In this document: one piece after another, positions 37,033 to 46,585 of the stretch
Layout: every line of letters begins with the position of its first letter
Position numbering within the stretch: position 1 is the first letter of the stretch
Assembly: GCA_964468865.1 (NCBI GenBank)
Contig: CAYXWQ010000005.1
Span: forward strand, 19,641-83,640
Length of the DNA stretch: 64,000 bases
Reading direction: 5' to 3'
DNA from: an uncultured Sulfuricurvum sp.
GTDB lineage: Bacteria > Campylobacterota > Campylobacteria > Campylobacterales > Sulfurimonadaceae
Notes under the pieces: model-generated
Seen by the model: only the letters and a program-made list of their open reading frames with translations
Database searches by the model: none
What the model was told of the DNA's origin: nothing
Translations under genes and position numbers: made by a program

Positions 37033-38663
37033 AACGCTCACTGCTCCTGTCGCTGATCCTGGCGTGCGGCGTATCGGCGGTCACCCTCGAAGAAATCGGA
37101 AGCAAACCTCCCTCCCGCGAAAAAAACTTCCTGATCTGGCAGTATCTCAAACAGGATATCAACGCGTCACAAGCCAGTGAGGCGTTTTACCAGATCGATA
37201 CGGTGAATCAGCGCTTTTTGTTCGACTACGCAGCCAAAACGGATGAAGCCGAAATCCGCTATACCGCCGAATGCATGCAAAAACTTTCCACCGAATTGGT
37301 CTCAATCGAGCAGGACGACTGCCTCTATCTCGCCCTCACCCCGACCAAGGCCCAATCGCTTCAACCACATGAACGCGAACTCATCGCCACACGGCTGGGG
37401 AACCGCTTCGGGAACGTCGAGTGGCTTCGGACGATGAACCACAACAACCATTTTGCCCCGTACAGCGATCTGGAACCCTCCCTCATCCTTTTCAATATCG
37501 CCGGTGCCCCCTATCGGCATGAACATTTCAACCATCCGATCGATGCCGAAACGCTCGCTTCGCTGACCACGATGCGGGGGTTCAGTTCATTCGTTTATCT
37601 GGCAATCACCGATCCAAAACTGATCCACATCCACGCTTCCCTGGGCAACATCAGCGGAGGAAGCTATAACGCCCAAACCCATTTTTATCTAGGAGTCAAT
37701 GCGATCCGCCACGGACGGAACGACAATGCCCTCTATCACCTCCGCGAGGCAAAGCAAAAAGCCTGGTCAGTCATGGACCGCGACAAGAATACTTTTTGGA
37801 TCTATCGCATCACCAAAGACGATGCCCTCTTGAAGGAACTCTCAGAGAGCCTGGACATCAACGTCTACACCCTGTGGGCGCGAGAGCAGCTGGGAATCGA
37901 GACCGAAAACTATTATTCGACACTTCCCACTACAGAAAAGGGGGGATTCAGGGGGGATGATCCGTTTGAATGGAACCGTCTCCACAACGAAATGGTTGCC
38001 ACCCCGCCAGAGAGGCTTTACGAGCTGGTGGAACGGTATGACGGGGAAGATTCGCTGGCAGTACAGGCCTATATGATAGAGCGGGTCTACGCGCCGTATG
38101 TCCACAATTTTACCATGCCCTATGACCGCTATCTAGAAGGTCTCACGGTGGATCAAAAAGCATTCTTTTACGCTCTGATGCGCCAGGAGACCCGTCTCAT
38201 TCCCGGACTTATTTCACGCTCCTTCGCTCTGGGACTGATGCAGATCATGCCGTTCAACGTGGATTCGATTTCGAAAATCCACTCGTTAAAAGTTTCATCG
38301 TATGACGATATGTTCCGTCCGGAGTACAACATTCCTTACGCGATCGAGCATCTAAAACACATCGAAAAAACTCTCTACAATCCGGTATTTATGGCCTACG
38401 CCTACAACGGCGGGATCGGATTTACCAAACGGCTGATTACGGTGGAGGGGGTGTTTTTGCCAGGAGAACATGAACCGTTCATGAGCATGGAGCTCGTCTG
38501 GAACGCGGAGAGCCGTGAGTATGGCAAGAAAGTCCTTGCCAATTACGTGATCTACAAAAAGATCATGGGAGAAAAGGTGTCGATCAGTTCTCTTTTGGAT
38601 AACTTAACACAACCGAACCGGTCTGATTATTTTCGAGCTTCAACGCTAGAGCCGACCCCCTGA
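37029..38663 (+). CDS. slt: Soluble lytic murein transglycosylase (Slt-type)
   Basis: Signal peptide; ALMRQET, ALGLMQIMP, AYAYNGG. Confidence 0.88.
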   Translation: MKRSLLLSLILACGVSAVTLEEIGSKPPSREKNFLIWQYLKQDINASQASEAFYQIDTVNQRFLFDYAAKTDEAEIRYTAECMQKLSTELVSIEQDDCLYLALTPTKAQSLQPHERELIATRLGNRFGNVEWLRTMNHNNHFAPYSDLEPSLILFNIAGAPYRHEHFNHPIDAETLASLTTMRGFSSFVYLAITDPKLIHIHASLGNISGGSYNAQTHFYLGVNAIRHGRNDNALYHLREAKQKAWSVMDRDKNTFWIYRITKDDALLKELSESLDINVYTLWAREQLGIETENYYSTLPTTEKGGFRGDDPFEWNRLHNEMVATPPERLYELVERYDGEDSLAVQAYMIERVYAPYVHNFTMPYDRYLEGLTVDQKAFFYALMRQETRLIPGLISRSFALGLMQIMPFNVDSISKIHSLKVSSYDDMFRPEYNIPYAIEHLKHIEKTLYNPVFMAYAYNGGIGFTKRLITVEGVFLPGEHEPFMSMELVWNAESREYGKKVLANYVIYKKIMGEKVSISSLLDNLTQPNRSDYFRASTLEPTP

Positions 38664-39075
38664 CGCTCTCGAAGCGGACCAGATAATAGCGGTTCCAGTT
38701 ATTCTGGATCGGTATCAACGCGCGGCGGGGATCTTTTTCTTTGATCTCTTCCATGCTTAAGGGCTCGGTACCGTTTAGGGTCAGGGCATACCCATGATCC
38801 TTGATATCCCATTTTTTGGTGTCAAGGTTCCGTTTTTCAAAATACAGTGCCGCGATAAAATAATCGCCGTCTTTGTACTCTTCGGGATAAACGGGGTTGA
38901 GGTAAACGGCGGAAATCAGCGCTTTGGTCTCGAACGACTGTACGATGCTGCCGCTTCGCATCTGCTCCACCGCTCGTTCATGCGTTTCATCCATTGCAAA
39001 CATATCAAAAGCACTTTTGTCGGCGCACCCGCCAAATGCCAGCAAAGCGCTCAACGCTATCATCGAAAATCGCAT
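38584..39075 (-). CDS. Hypothetical lipoprotein
   Basis: MRFSMIALSALLAFGG|C lipobox; start moved to ATG 39075. Confidence 0.75.
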   Translation of the reverse strand: MRFSMIALSALLAFGGCADKSAFDMFAMDETHERAVEQMRSGSIVQSFETKALISAVYLNPVYPEEYKDGDYFIAALYFEKRNLDTKKWDIKDHGYALTLNGTEPLSMEEIKEKDPRRALIPIQNNWNRYYLVRFESVRGSALALKLENNQTGSVVLSYPKEN

Positions 39076-39182
39076 CGTAATCCTTTTCTCGCGAATATTC
39101 ATTATTATACGCCAACTCGCCTTAACCAACTTTCAATGATTGTTGACTATAATATCTCCCATTTTTACTTGAGGTATGATTT

Positions 39183-39689
39183 TTGAAAAAGCGTTTAGCG
39201 GTAGCGTTTACCGGCCCTTCCAACAGCGGCAAAACGACCCTGATTCTCAAAGTGGCACGCAAGCTGATCCACGAACGCGGATTAGAGGTTGCCATCGTCA
39301 AAAACGATCCCAAAGACAAAGCCCAGTTCGATGTTCCGGGAAAAGACAGCTACAAGTTCAGCGACACGGGGGCCGAGGTGATCGTCACCTCTCCGACCCG
39401 TACGACCTATTTCTCGAAGCGGCACAAAGAGCTTGACGAAATCATTTCTCTTTTCGGGGAATTCGACGTGCTGCTGGTCGAAGGGCTCAAAACCCTCCCC
39501 CTTCCCCGGATCAGTATTTTCCGAGGCGTGATCGACACCGATTATTTTCCCTACATGAACGCCCTCGCGATCGACGATACGATCGATATTTCCCATTATG
39601 CCCTGCCTGAGGGGATCGATCTGCTCGATCTCAACGACCCGGATCAGGTGATCGAATGGATTTTAAATCACGCAAAGGTACTTGAATGA
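39183..39689 (+). CDS. mobB: Molybdopterin-guanine dinucleotide biosynthesis protein B
   Basis: [10 protein letters not shown]-loop, [15 protein letters not shown]. Confidence 0.92.
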   Translation: MKKRLAVAFTGPSNSGKTTLILKVARKLIHERGLEVAIVKNDPKDKAQFDVPGKDSYKFSDTGAEVIVTSPTRTTYFSKRHKELDEIISLFGEFDVLLVEGLKTLPLPRISIFRGVIDTDYFPYMNALAIDDTIDISHYALPEGIDLLDLNDPDQVIEWILNHAKVLE

Positions 39690-40531
39690 ACACAATTTTA
39701 GAAGCGATCCAGAAAAGCGCCATCCGGATCAAAAACGCCATCGACGTGAAAGACATCGGTTATTCGCAGGAGCAGAACAGCTCGGGTGAAACCCAGCTGC
39801 AGCTCGACATCCAAAGCGACCTGATCATCGAAGAGGAACTCAGCCGCATCCCGGGGGTCCACACGATCGCCAGCGAAGAGAAAGAGGATCCGATGGTGCT
39901 GAACGAAAAGGGGCACTACTATATCGCGTTCGATCCCCTGGACGGTTCGTCGCTCGTCGATGTCAATCTCAGCGTCGGCTCCATCTTCGGAATCTACGAA
40001 GGGGAGTTCTCGGGTGAGAAAATGGTCGCGGCCTGCTACGTCGTTTACGGTCCCCGCGTCGAGCTCGTCTTCGCCCAGTACGGCAAAGTCTCCCTCTACC
40101 TCCTCCAAAACGGCGTTTTCGAATACGTCAAGGAGATCCAGCTGAACGAAAAAGGGAAGATCATGGCCCCAGGCGGGACACAGCAGTGCTGGCCTGCCTA
40201 CCACAAAGAAATGATCGATTCGTTTTTCGCGCGCGGCTACCGCCTTCGCTACTCGGGCGGGATGGTCCCCGATCTGCATCAGATCCTCCTCAAAGGGGGA
40301 GGACTCTTCAGCTATCCCGGTGCCAGTGACAAACCGGAGGGGAAACTGCGCCTTCTTTTCGAAGTGTTCCCGTTCGCCTTCATTTTCGAAACAGCCGGAG
40401 GAAAAGCGGTCGACGGGAAAGGGGACGTTTTGGAAAAAGCCCCCCGCCATGTCCACGATACGAGCCCCTGCTTTTTCGGCTCCAATGACGAGGTCAACGA
40501 GGTTTTGAGTGTCTATGCCGCACAGCAATGA
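39686..40531 (+). CDS. fbp: Class I fructose-1,6-bisphosphatase
   Basis: [42 protein letters not shown]. Confidence 0.95.
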   Translation: MNTILEAIQKSAIRIKNAIDVKDIGYSQEQNSSGETQLQLDIQSDLIIEEELSRIPGVHTIASEEKEDPMVLNEKGHYYIAFDPLDGSSLVDVNLSVGSIFGIYEGEFSGEKMVAACYVVYGPRVELVFAQYGKVSLYLLQNGVFEYVKEIQLNEKGKIMAPGGTQQCWPAYHKEMIDSFFARGYRLRYSGGMVPDLHQILLKGGGLFSYPGASDKPEGKLRLLFEVFPFAFIFETAGGKAVDGKGDVLEKAPRHVHDTSPCFFGSNDEVNEVLSVYAAQQ

Positions 40532-40709
40532 CCTCTTCGAAGAACGGCTGCAAGAAGCGACCGATACCCTTCGCAACTGTCAGGAGGAGCACGGCCTCGA
40601 GAGCTGTTATCCGTGTCCCGAGTGCGTAGGATGCGAGATTCGGGCCAAATACGTCCGGACGGTGTATGAGAGCATGTCCAAGGGTGAAACCGGCGGATTT
40701 GATTTTTAG
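40515..40709 (+). CDS. Small Cys-rich protein
   Basis: [13 protein letters not shown] motif, ends [12 protein letters not shown]; sits between fbp and metG. Confidence 0.75.
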   Translation: MPHSNDLFEERLQEATDTLRNCQEEHGLESCYPCPECVGCEIRAKYVRTVYESMSKGETGGFDF

Positions 40710-40721
40710 GAAGGAAATTTT

Positions 40722-42671
40722 ATGAACAAAAACTATATTACCACCCCAATTTATTATGTCAACGGAGAGGCCCACATCGGCCACGCCTACACGACGTTCA
40801 TCGCCGATGCCCTCGCGCGCCACTCCCGTCTTCTGGGCAACGAGACCTATTTTCTGACCGGAACCGACGAGCACGGCCAGAAAATCGAAGAGTCGGCGGC
40901 CAAGCAGAACAAGCCTACCCAGCAGTTCGCCGACGAGATCAGCGCCCTTTTTCGCAACCTGTGGGACGAATTTGATATTAGTTACGATCAATTCATCCGT
41001 ACGACCGATGAGGCCCACAAAAGAGGGGTACAGGCAGCGTTTGAAAAAATGGTGGCCAAAGGGGACATTTACAAGGATTTCTACGAGGGGAACTACTGCG
41101 TCAGCTGTGAGACCTTCTTCCCCGAATCGCAGCTGATGGACGGCGGATGCTGCCCCGACTGCGGACGCCCCACGACGATCGTCAAGGAGGAGAGCTATTT
41201 CTTCCGCCTCAGCAAATACGAAAAACCGCTGATGGAGTATTACGAAGCCCATCCCGAATTCATCCTCCCAAAATCGCGCCGTAACGAGGTGATGAGCTTC
41301 GTCCGCGGAGGGCTCAACGACCTCTCGGTCACCCGCACGAGCTTCAGCTGGGGGGTTCACCTTCCCGTATCACTGAACGAGCCCAAACACGTCATGTACG
41401 TCTGGCTTGATGCCCTGATGAATTACATCACGGCGCTCGGATACGGAAATGACGAGGCGAAAATGGGGTTCTGGCCGGCAAACGTGCAGCTGGTCGGGAA
41501 AGACATCCTCCGCTTCCACGCGATCTACTGGCCGGCATTCCTGATGAGCCTCGATCTCCCCCTTCCAAAACATATCGGGGCCCACGGATGGTGGACGCGC
41601 GATGGGGAGAAGATGTCCAAATCCAAAGGGAACGTCGTCGATCCGCGCGAAGTGGCCAAGCACTATGGGGTCGAGAACTTCCGCTATTTCATGATGCGCG
41701 AAGTCCCTTTCGGTCAGGACGGCGACTTTTCTCAGCGCGCCCTGATCGACCGGATGAATTCCGACCTTTCCAACGACCTCGGAAACCTTTTGAACCGGAT
41801 CATCGGAATGAGCGAAAAGTACTCCGATTTTGTGATCAACAGCGTCGATGTCGAAAAATATCATACGCGCGAACTGAACGATGCCCATGCGATCCTGGAT
41901 TCTTTGGAGGGGTATCTGAGCGAATTGCAGATTCACCGCTATCTGGAAGAGCTGTGGAAAGTCTTCACGATCGGGAACAAAGCGATCGAGGAACATGCCC
42001 CGTGGACGAAAGTCAAAGAGGGGCGTACCGATGAGGCGCTCGCCACCGTCGCACTCGTCGCCAACCTCCTCGCCAAAGCCTCGGTCATGCTGCACGCCAT
42101 CATGCCGCATACCACAGCGACCATCGCCGACGCTCTCGGTTTCGAGATCAATACGGAGAGCTACAACCGCCTGATTCAAGAGAAAAAGCTCCTCTCACCG
42201 TTTACGATCAAAAAAATCCCACCCCTCTTCCCGCGGGTCGAAGAGCCTCTGATGGCCGAAGCGCCCAAAGCCATGATCGAAGAGGCTCCCAAAGCTCCCG
42301 AACCGACCAAAGAGGAGAAAAAAGTCTCTACCGTCCCAACCGAAGGGTTGATCACGATCGACCAGTTCTTCCAGACGTCGCTCAAGGTCGGTACCATCCT
42401 CGAAGCCCAAGAGGTTCCCAAAAGCTCCAAACTCCTGAAACTGCAGGTCGATCTGGGCGAAGAGTCTCCCCGCCAGGTCATCGCGGGGATCCGCGAGTAC
42501 TACAGCGCCGAATCGCTGGTCGGAACACAGGTGTGCGTCGTCGCCAACCTCAAACCGGCCAAACTGATGGGGATGCTCTCGGAAGGGATGCTCCTCGCGG
42601 CCAAAGACGCCGAGGGGCTCTGCCTGATCCGCCCCGAAAAACCACGCCAGAGCGGAAGTTCGATTGGATGA
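40722..42671 (+). CDS. metG: Methionine--tRNA ligase with C-terminal tRNA-binding domain
   Basis: YYVN..HIGH, GTDEHG, Zn knuckle, YVWLDAL, KMSKS, C-terminal OB fold (NLKPAKLMG..SEGMLL). Confidence 0.97.
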   Translation: MNKNYITTPIYYVNGEAHIGHAYTTFIADALARHSRLLGNETYFLTGTDEHGQKIEESAAKQNKPTQQFADEISALFRNLWDEFDISYDQFIRTTDEAHKRGVQAAFEKMVAKGDIYKDFYEGNYCVSCETFFPESQLMDGGCCPDCGRPTTIVKEESYFFRLSKYEKPLMEYYEAHPEFILPKSRRNEVMSFVRGGLNDLSVTRTSFSWGVHLPVSLNEPKHVMYVWLDALMNYITALGYGNDEAKMGFWPANVQLVGKDILRFHAIYWPAFLMSLDLPLPKHIGAHGWWTRDGEKMSKSKGNVVDPREVAKHYGVENFRYFMMREVPFGQDGDFSQRALIDRMNSDLSNDLGNLLNRIIGMSEKYSDFVINSVDVEKYHTRELNDAHAILDSLEGYLSELQIHRYLEELWKVFTIGNKAIEEHAPWTKVKEGRTDEALATVALVANLLAKASVMLHAIMPHTTATIADALGFEINTESYNRLIQEKKLLSPFTIKKIPPLFPRVEEPLMAEAPKAMIEEAPKAPEPTKEEKKVSTVPTEGLITIDQFFQTSLKVGTILEAQEVPKSSKLLKLQVDLGEESPRQVIAGIREYYSAESLVGTQVCVVANLKPAKLMGMLSEGMLLAAKDAEGLCLIRPEKPRQSGSSIG

Positions 42672-43675
42672 GACTTGAAAATATCCTCGCACTGACCAAA
42701 GGAAATCTTGTATGGGAACCTTCGGTCAGTATCTTTGAGAATGTCGTATTCGAGCCTTCCAAAGTCAAGCGGGGTTCTTTGTTCATCGCCTACACCCCCG
42801 AGGATATTCCCGAAGCGCTTCTCAACGGCGCCTACGGCGTCATGTTTGATCGGCCGACCCAGATGGGCGATACCGAAATCGCCTGGATCAAAGTCGATAA
42901 CATCGACAACGCTCTGAAAAAACTGCTCCGTTTTTATCTCCTCGAAAAAGAGCTTCAGGTCTACGCCTGCGACCCGATCACCCTCCATCTCTCCACCATG
43001 ATCTCGACACCTGCGAATTTTTGCAATGTCGAGGGGAACATGCGCGAGGTGTGGGAAAAGCTCTGGCCGCTGGAGAAAAAATCGATTGTCCTTTTTTCTC
43101 CGGCCCTGACCGATCCGGATATTTTTATCGAGCACTCCCAGTTGATCCGCGCTCAGGAGAATACGATCACGATTATCGAGCAGACCCTGTTCGAAACGTC
43201 GTTCATCCACAACGACACCTTTTATGAGCGGCAGATGCTTTCCCCGTTTTTCATCCCTTATCTGGAACATCTCCTTTTCTTCTACACCTTTCTGCGGATC
43301 CCGTTTCAAATTCGTGGATTTAGCAAGATGAAGCATTTCATCCCCGTTTTTACCAACTCGCGCCTGGAAAGCAAAGAGTTCGGAAGCAGCGACCGGGTTG
43401 TCATTTTCGAACCGCTGCTGGAGCTGATTGACGAACAGATCGATTTTCTTGACGCTCAGGCTTCCTGGGCAAAAATCATCTGTCTTTTACCGGAGTCTAT
43501 GCGCTCGTCCCTCACGATCGGCGTCGACAATATCTTTTTCTACCGTTACCCCGAAGAGGTGATTTCCCTTTTACAGGCGAAGGATTTTCATTTCGCGCTC
43601 GTAGCCGGGGTCGACAAGAACATCCTGCGCCCGTCCCGTGCATCGATGAAACAGCTCGAACTCGATTTTTTTTAG
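42668..43675 (+). CDS. Hypothetical protein with Mur-ligase N-terminal-like domain
   Basis: Start ATG 42668 (ATGA overlap with metG). SKVKRGSLFIA...ALLNGAYGV...IAWIKVDNIDNALKKL resembles the MurE/MurF N-domain; no GTxGKT P-loop. Confidence 0.7.
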   Translation: MRLENILALTKGNLVWEPSVSIFENVVFEPSKVKRGSLFIAYTPEDIPEALLNGAYGVMFDRPTQMGDTEIAWIKVDNIDNALKKLLRFYLLEKELQVYACDPITLHLSTMISTPANFCNVEGNMREVWEKLWPLEKKSIVLFSPALTDPDIFIEHSQLIRAQENTITIIEQTLFETSFIHNDTFYERQMLSPFFIPYLEHLLFFYTFLRIPFQIRGFSKMKHFIPVFTNSRLESKEFGSSDRVVIFEPLLELIDEQIDFLDAQASWAKIICLLPESMRSSLTIGVDNIFFYRYPEEVISLLQAKDFHFALVAGVDKNILRPSRASMKQLELDFF

Positions 43676-43681
43676 GAGACC

Positions 43682-44824
43682 ATGATGGACAGACGAACTT
43701 TTATAACTGCCGGTGCGACGGCCTCTGCGGCGATGCTACTGAGCGGCTGCAACGAAAGCGGCCGCCAGGCGATCGATTATTCCAAACATCCCTCGCAAGA
43801 GCTTCCCTCCTCCGATGAGCAGAGCAGCGCTCCACACAAAAAAGTGACCCTACGTCTCGCGACGAGCTGGCCCGCAGGTTTTCCCATCATGGGAACGGGG
43901 ATCGAACGTTTCGCCGAACGGGTCAAGGCAGCCAGCGGCGGCACCCTGATCATCAAAATCTACCCCAAAGAGACACTCGTCCCGGCACTCGCGGTCTTTG
44001 ACGCCGCCAGCACCGGTGAGATCGACGCCTTCCACTCGGGTCCCTATTACTGGAAGGGGAAAAACAGCGCATTCGCCCTCTTCAGCGGCACCCCATTCGG
44101 TCTGACGGCCGAGGAGATCAGCTCCTGGATGCTGTTCGGCGGCGGGATGGAGCTGTGGCGCGAAATGTACGGTAAACACAACCTCTATCCCCTGCTGGGC
44201 GGCAATACTAATGTGCAGATGGGGGGATGGTTCCGCAAGCCGATCCGAAATCTCGAGGATCTCAAAGGGCTTAAAATGCGGGTTCCGGGAATCGGCGGGG
44301 AAGTGTTCTCCCGTCTGGGGGTCAATCCCGTCCTCCTCGCCGCAGGTGACATCTACCCATCACTCGAGCGGGGGATGATCGATGCTACCGAATGGGTAGG
44401 GCCGGCTCTGGATCTTCAGATGGGGTTCCATAAAGTTGCCAAATACTACTACAGCGGATGGCACGAACCGGGTTCGGTACTGGAACTGACCTTCAACAAG
44501 CAGGTTTGGGAGAAGCTCTCGCCCCAACATCAGGCAATTTTGCAGATCGCAAGCGAAGAGATGAGCAACCGTATGGCCCTGGAATTTCATGCCGCCAACA
44601 TCAAGGCTCTCAAAGAGATGGATGGGCTGGGAGTCACCATCGCCTCGTTCCCCGACGACGTCAACCGCGCCGCAAAAAAGGCGCTGGGCGCTTACCTTTC
44701 CGAGGAATCGGCCCGCAATCCCGATTTCAAGCGGGTCTTTGCAAACATGGAGAGCTATCTTGCCGATTCGCGCGCATGGAGCAATATCGGGCTGGGAGCC
44801 TTTTTGAACGTCAGAGAGGGGTGA
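43682..44824 (+). CDS. dctP: TRAP transporter substrate-binding protein (DctP/TakP-like), Tat-lipoprotein signal
   Basis: DRRTFI, LLSG|C, QMGGWFRK, GLKMRVPG, LERGMIDATEWVGP, GWHEPG. Confidence 0.9.
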   Translation: MMDRRTFITAGATASAAMLLSGCNESGRQAIDYSKHPSQELPSSDEQSSAPHKKVTLRLATSWPAGFPIMGTGIERFAERVKAASGGTLIIKIYPKETLVPALAVFDAASTGEIDAFHSGPYYWKGKNSAFALFSGTPFGLTAEEISSWMLFGGGMELWREMYGKHNLYPLLGGNTNVQMGGWFRKPIRNLEDLKGLKMRVPGIGGEVFSRLGVNPVLLAAGDIYPSLERGMIDATEWVGPALDLQMGFHKVAKYYYSGWHEPGSVLELTFNKQVWEKLSPQHQAILQIASEEMSNRMALEFHAANIKALKEMDGLGVTIASFPDDVNRAAKKALGAYLSEESARNPDFKRVFANMESYLADSRAWSNIGLGAFLNVREG

Positions 44825-45485
44825 TCGCCCTGAGCTCGCGGCGCAGCTTCTTCTCATCAGGCATAAACACCCTTACGAGATCGTGGAACGCCGGGGAATG
44901 GTTCATGTGTTCCAAATGGGCCAGTTCGTGGACAATGATATAGTCGATGTGCTCGTAGGAGAGCTGCATCATCATCGTGTTAAACGTTACGATTCCGCGT
45001 GAGTCACAGCTTCCCCACCGTCTGCGCATCTTTTTAAACCGGACTTCGCTCGGGCGGAGCCCCGTTTTTCTGGCGTAATACTCGATCCGTGAAGGAAGGG
45101 TCAAAAGAGCCTCTTCGCGGTAAAAATGATGGTAGTATTTTTCAATATCTACAGAATTTTGTACTTTTTCAAGCTTTTGATGTAATTTCGGAAACCGGTG
45201 CAGAGGGGCATTTTCCCCCCGAAACCGGATTGTCTCCCCCAACATGTGGCGTTCATGATCCCTCGTACCCAGCTTGGCCAGTTTGTCACATATCCATCCC
45301 TCTTTGTGGCGCAGGAGCTCCCGGACCTTCTGCTCGTTTTTGTACGGTGTGCGGACACACACTTCCCCTGTCCCGGTGATCGTGATGTAGGTGTTCCGAT
45401 TGCGGGGTCGGTAATGGAGGGTGATCGGGGAGGTATCGGCACTAAACACGATAGCTGACAGGGTCCTTCGCACCGGCATGTTCAA
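44811..45485 (-). CDS. YgjP/DUF45 family metal-dependent hydrolase
   Basis: [28 protein letters not shown] (HExxH). Start uncertain. Confidence 0.88.
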   Translation of the reverse strand: MNMPVRRTLSAIVFSADTSPITLHYRPRNRNTYITITGTGEVCVRTPYKNEQKVRELLRHKEGWICDKLAKLGTRDHERHMLGETIRFRGENAPLHRFPKLHQKLEKVQNSVDIEKYYHHFYREEALLTLPSRIEYYARKTGLRPSEVRFKKMRRRWGSCDSRGIVTFNTMMMQLSYEHIDYIIVHELAHLEHMNHSPAFHDLVRVFMPDEKKLRRELRAITPL

Positions 45486-46110
45486 AACCTCTCAGTCGAA
45501 GCCGGCAGCTGTCGCATACTCCGCATGCCTCTTCCTCGTCCTGATAGCAGCTCCACGTCAGATGAAGCGGAACATTGCGTTTGAGCGCTTCGGCCACGAT
45601 GTCCGATTTATTCATATGGACCAGCGGCATCCTGATCGCAATGGCAGTTGTCTCTTTCGTCCCGAGATTTGCCGCTTTTTCAAACGCATGGATAAAACTC
45701 TCTGTGCAGTCGGGATAGCCGCTGCTGTCCTCTTCGACGACGCCGATGGCTATCGCTTCACACCCCTCTTTTTCGGCAATGGCAGTCGCTATGGAGAGGA
45801 AAATCCCGTTTCGGAAGGGGACGTAGGTGATTGGGACACCCGCTTCGATCCCGCTTGTGGGGACGTCGATCGTATGATCGGTCAGTGCCGATGCGCCGAT
45901 CGTCTTGAAAAAATCGAGATCGATTTCATAGCTTTCGCTCACCCCAAGATCCTCACAAATCCCCCTGAATGCTGCGAGCTCTTTACGGACGGTGCGCTGG
46001 CCGTAGTTGAAATGAAGCGCAACGATACCGAACCCTTCTTGCTTCATCATGTAGGCACAAAGGGTAGAATCCATCCCGCCGCTCATAATACAAAGTGCTT
46101 TTTGTCCCAT
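45442..46110 (-). CDS. queC: 7-cyano-7-deazaguanine synthase
   Basis: [39 protein letters not shown]; AGGAG RBS before ATG 46110. Confidence 0.96.
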   Translation of the reverse strand: MGQKALCIMSGGMDSTLCAYMMKQEGFGIVALHFNYGQRTVRKELAAFRGICEDLGVSESYEIDLDFFKTIGASALTDHTIDVPTSGIEAGVPITYVPFRNGIFLSIATAIAEKEGCEAIAIGVVEEDSSGYPDCTESFIHAFEKAANLGTKETTAIAIRMPLVHMNKSDIVAEALKRNVPLHLTWSCYQDEEEACGVCDSCRLRLRGFEHAGAKDPVSYRV

Positions 46111-46162
46111 ATTTACTCCTGTTGCCATTGTAGCCATGCTCCCCTTATGGTACAATTCACCT

Positions 46163-46585
46163 ATGATAGAACTAGATAACCGAACCGAAAAAACCTACGA
46201 TACATCGCGTCTGGAAACGATCAGCGATGCCCTGACACCGCTGGAAATCGAGCTCATTTTTACCCATAACGACGAAATCGCCGAAATCAACCGTGATTTC
46301 CGGGGGATCGACAAAGCTACCGATGTCCTCAGTTTTCCCAGCGATCCGTTTCCCGGTGCCCCATTGGGAAGCATCGTCATCAGCGTCGACAAAGTCTCTT
46401 CCGTCGCGAAGGAGCTCGGGCACAGCGAGGACGATGAGCTCGCCCTCCTCTTCATTCACGGCCTTCTCCATCTGCTGGGGTTCGACCACGAAGTCGACAA
46501 CGGCGAGATGCGGGCCAAAGAGGTCGAAATGATCGAACGGTTCGACCTCCCCAAAAGCCTGATTGTCCGGACACTCGAAGAGTAG
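46163..46585 (+). CDS. ybeY: rRNA maturation endoribonuclease YbeY
   Basis: [21 protein letters not shown]; TGgTACAAT just upstream; start ATG 46163. Confidence 0.95.
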   Translation: MIELDNRTEKTYDTSRLETISDALTPLEIELIFTHNDEIAEINRDFRGIDKATDVLSFPSDPFPGAPLGSIVISVDKVSSVAKELGHSEDDELALLFIHGLLHLLGFDHEVDNGEMRAKEVEMIERFDLPKSLIVRTLEE

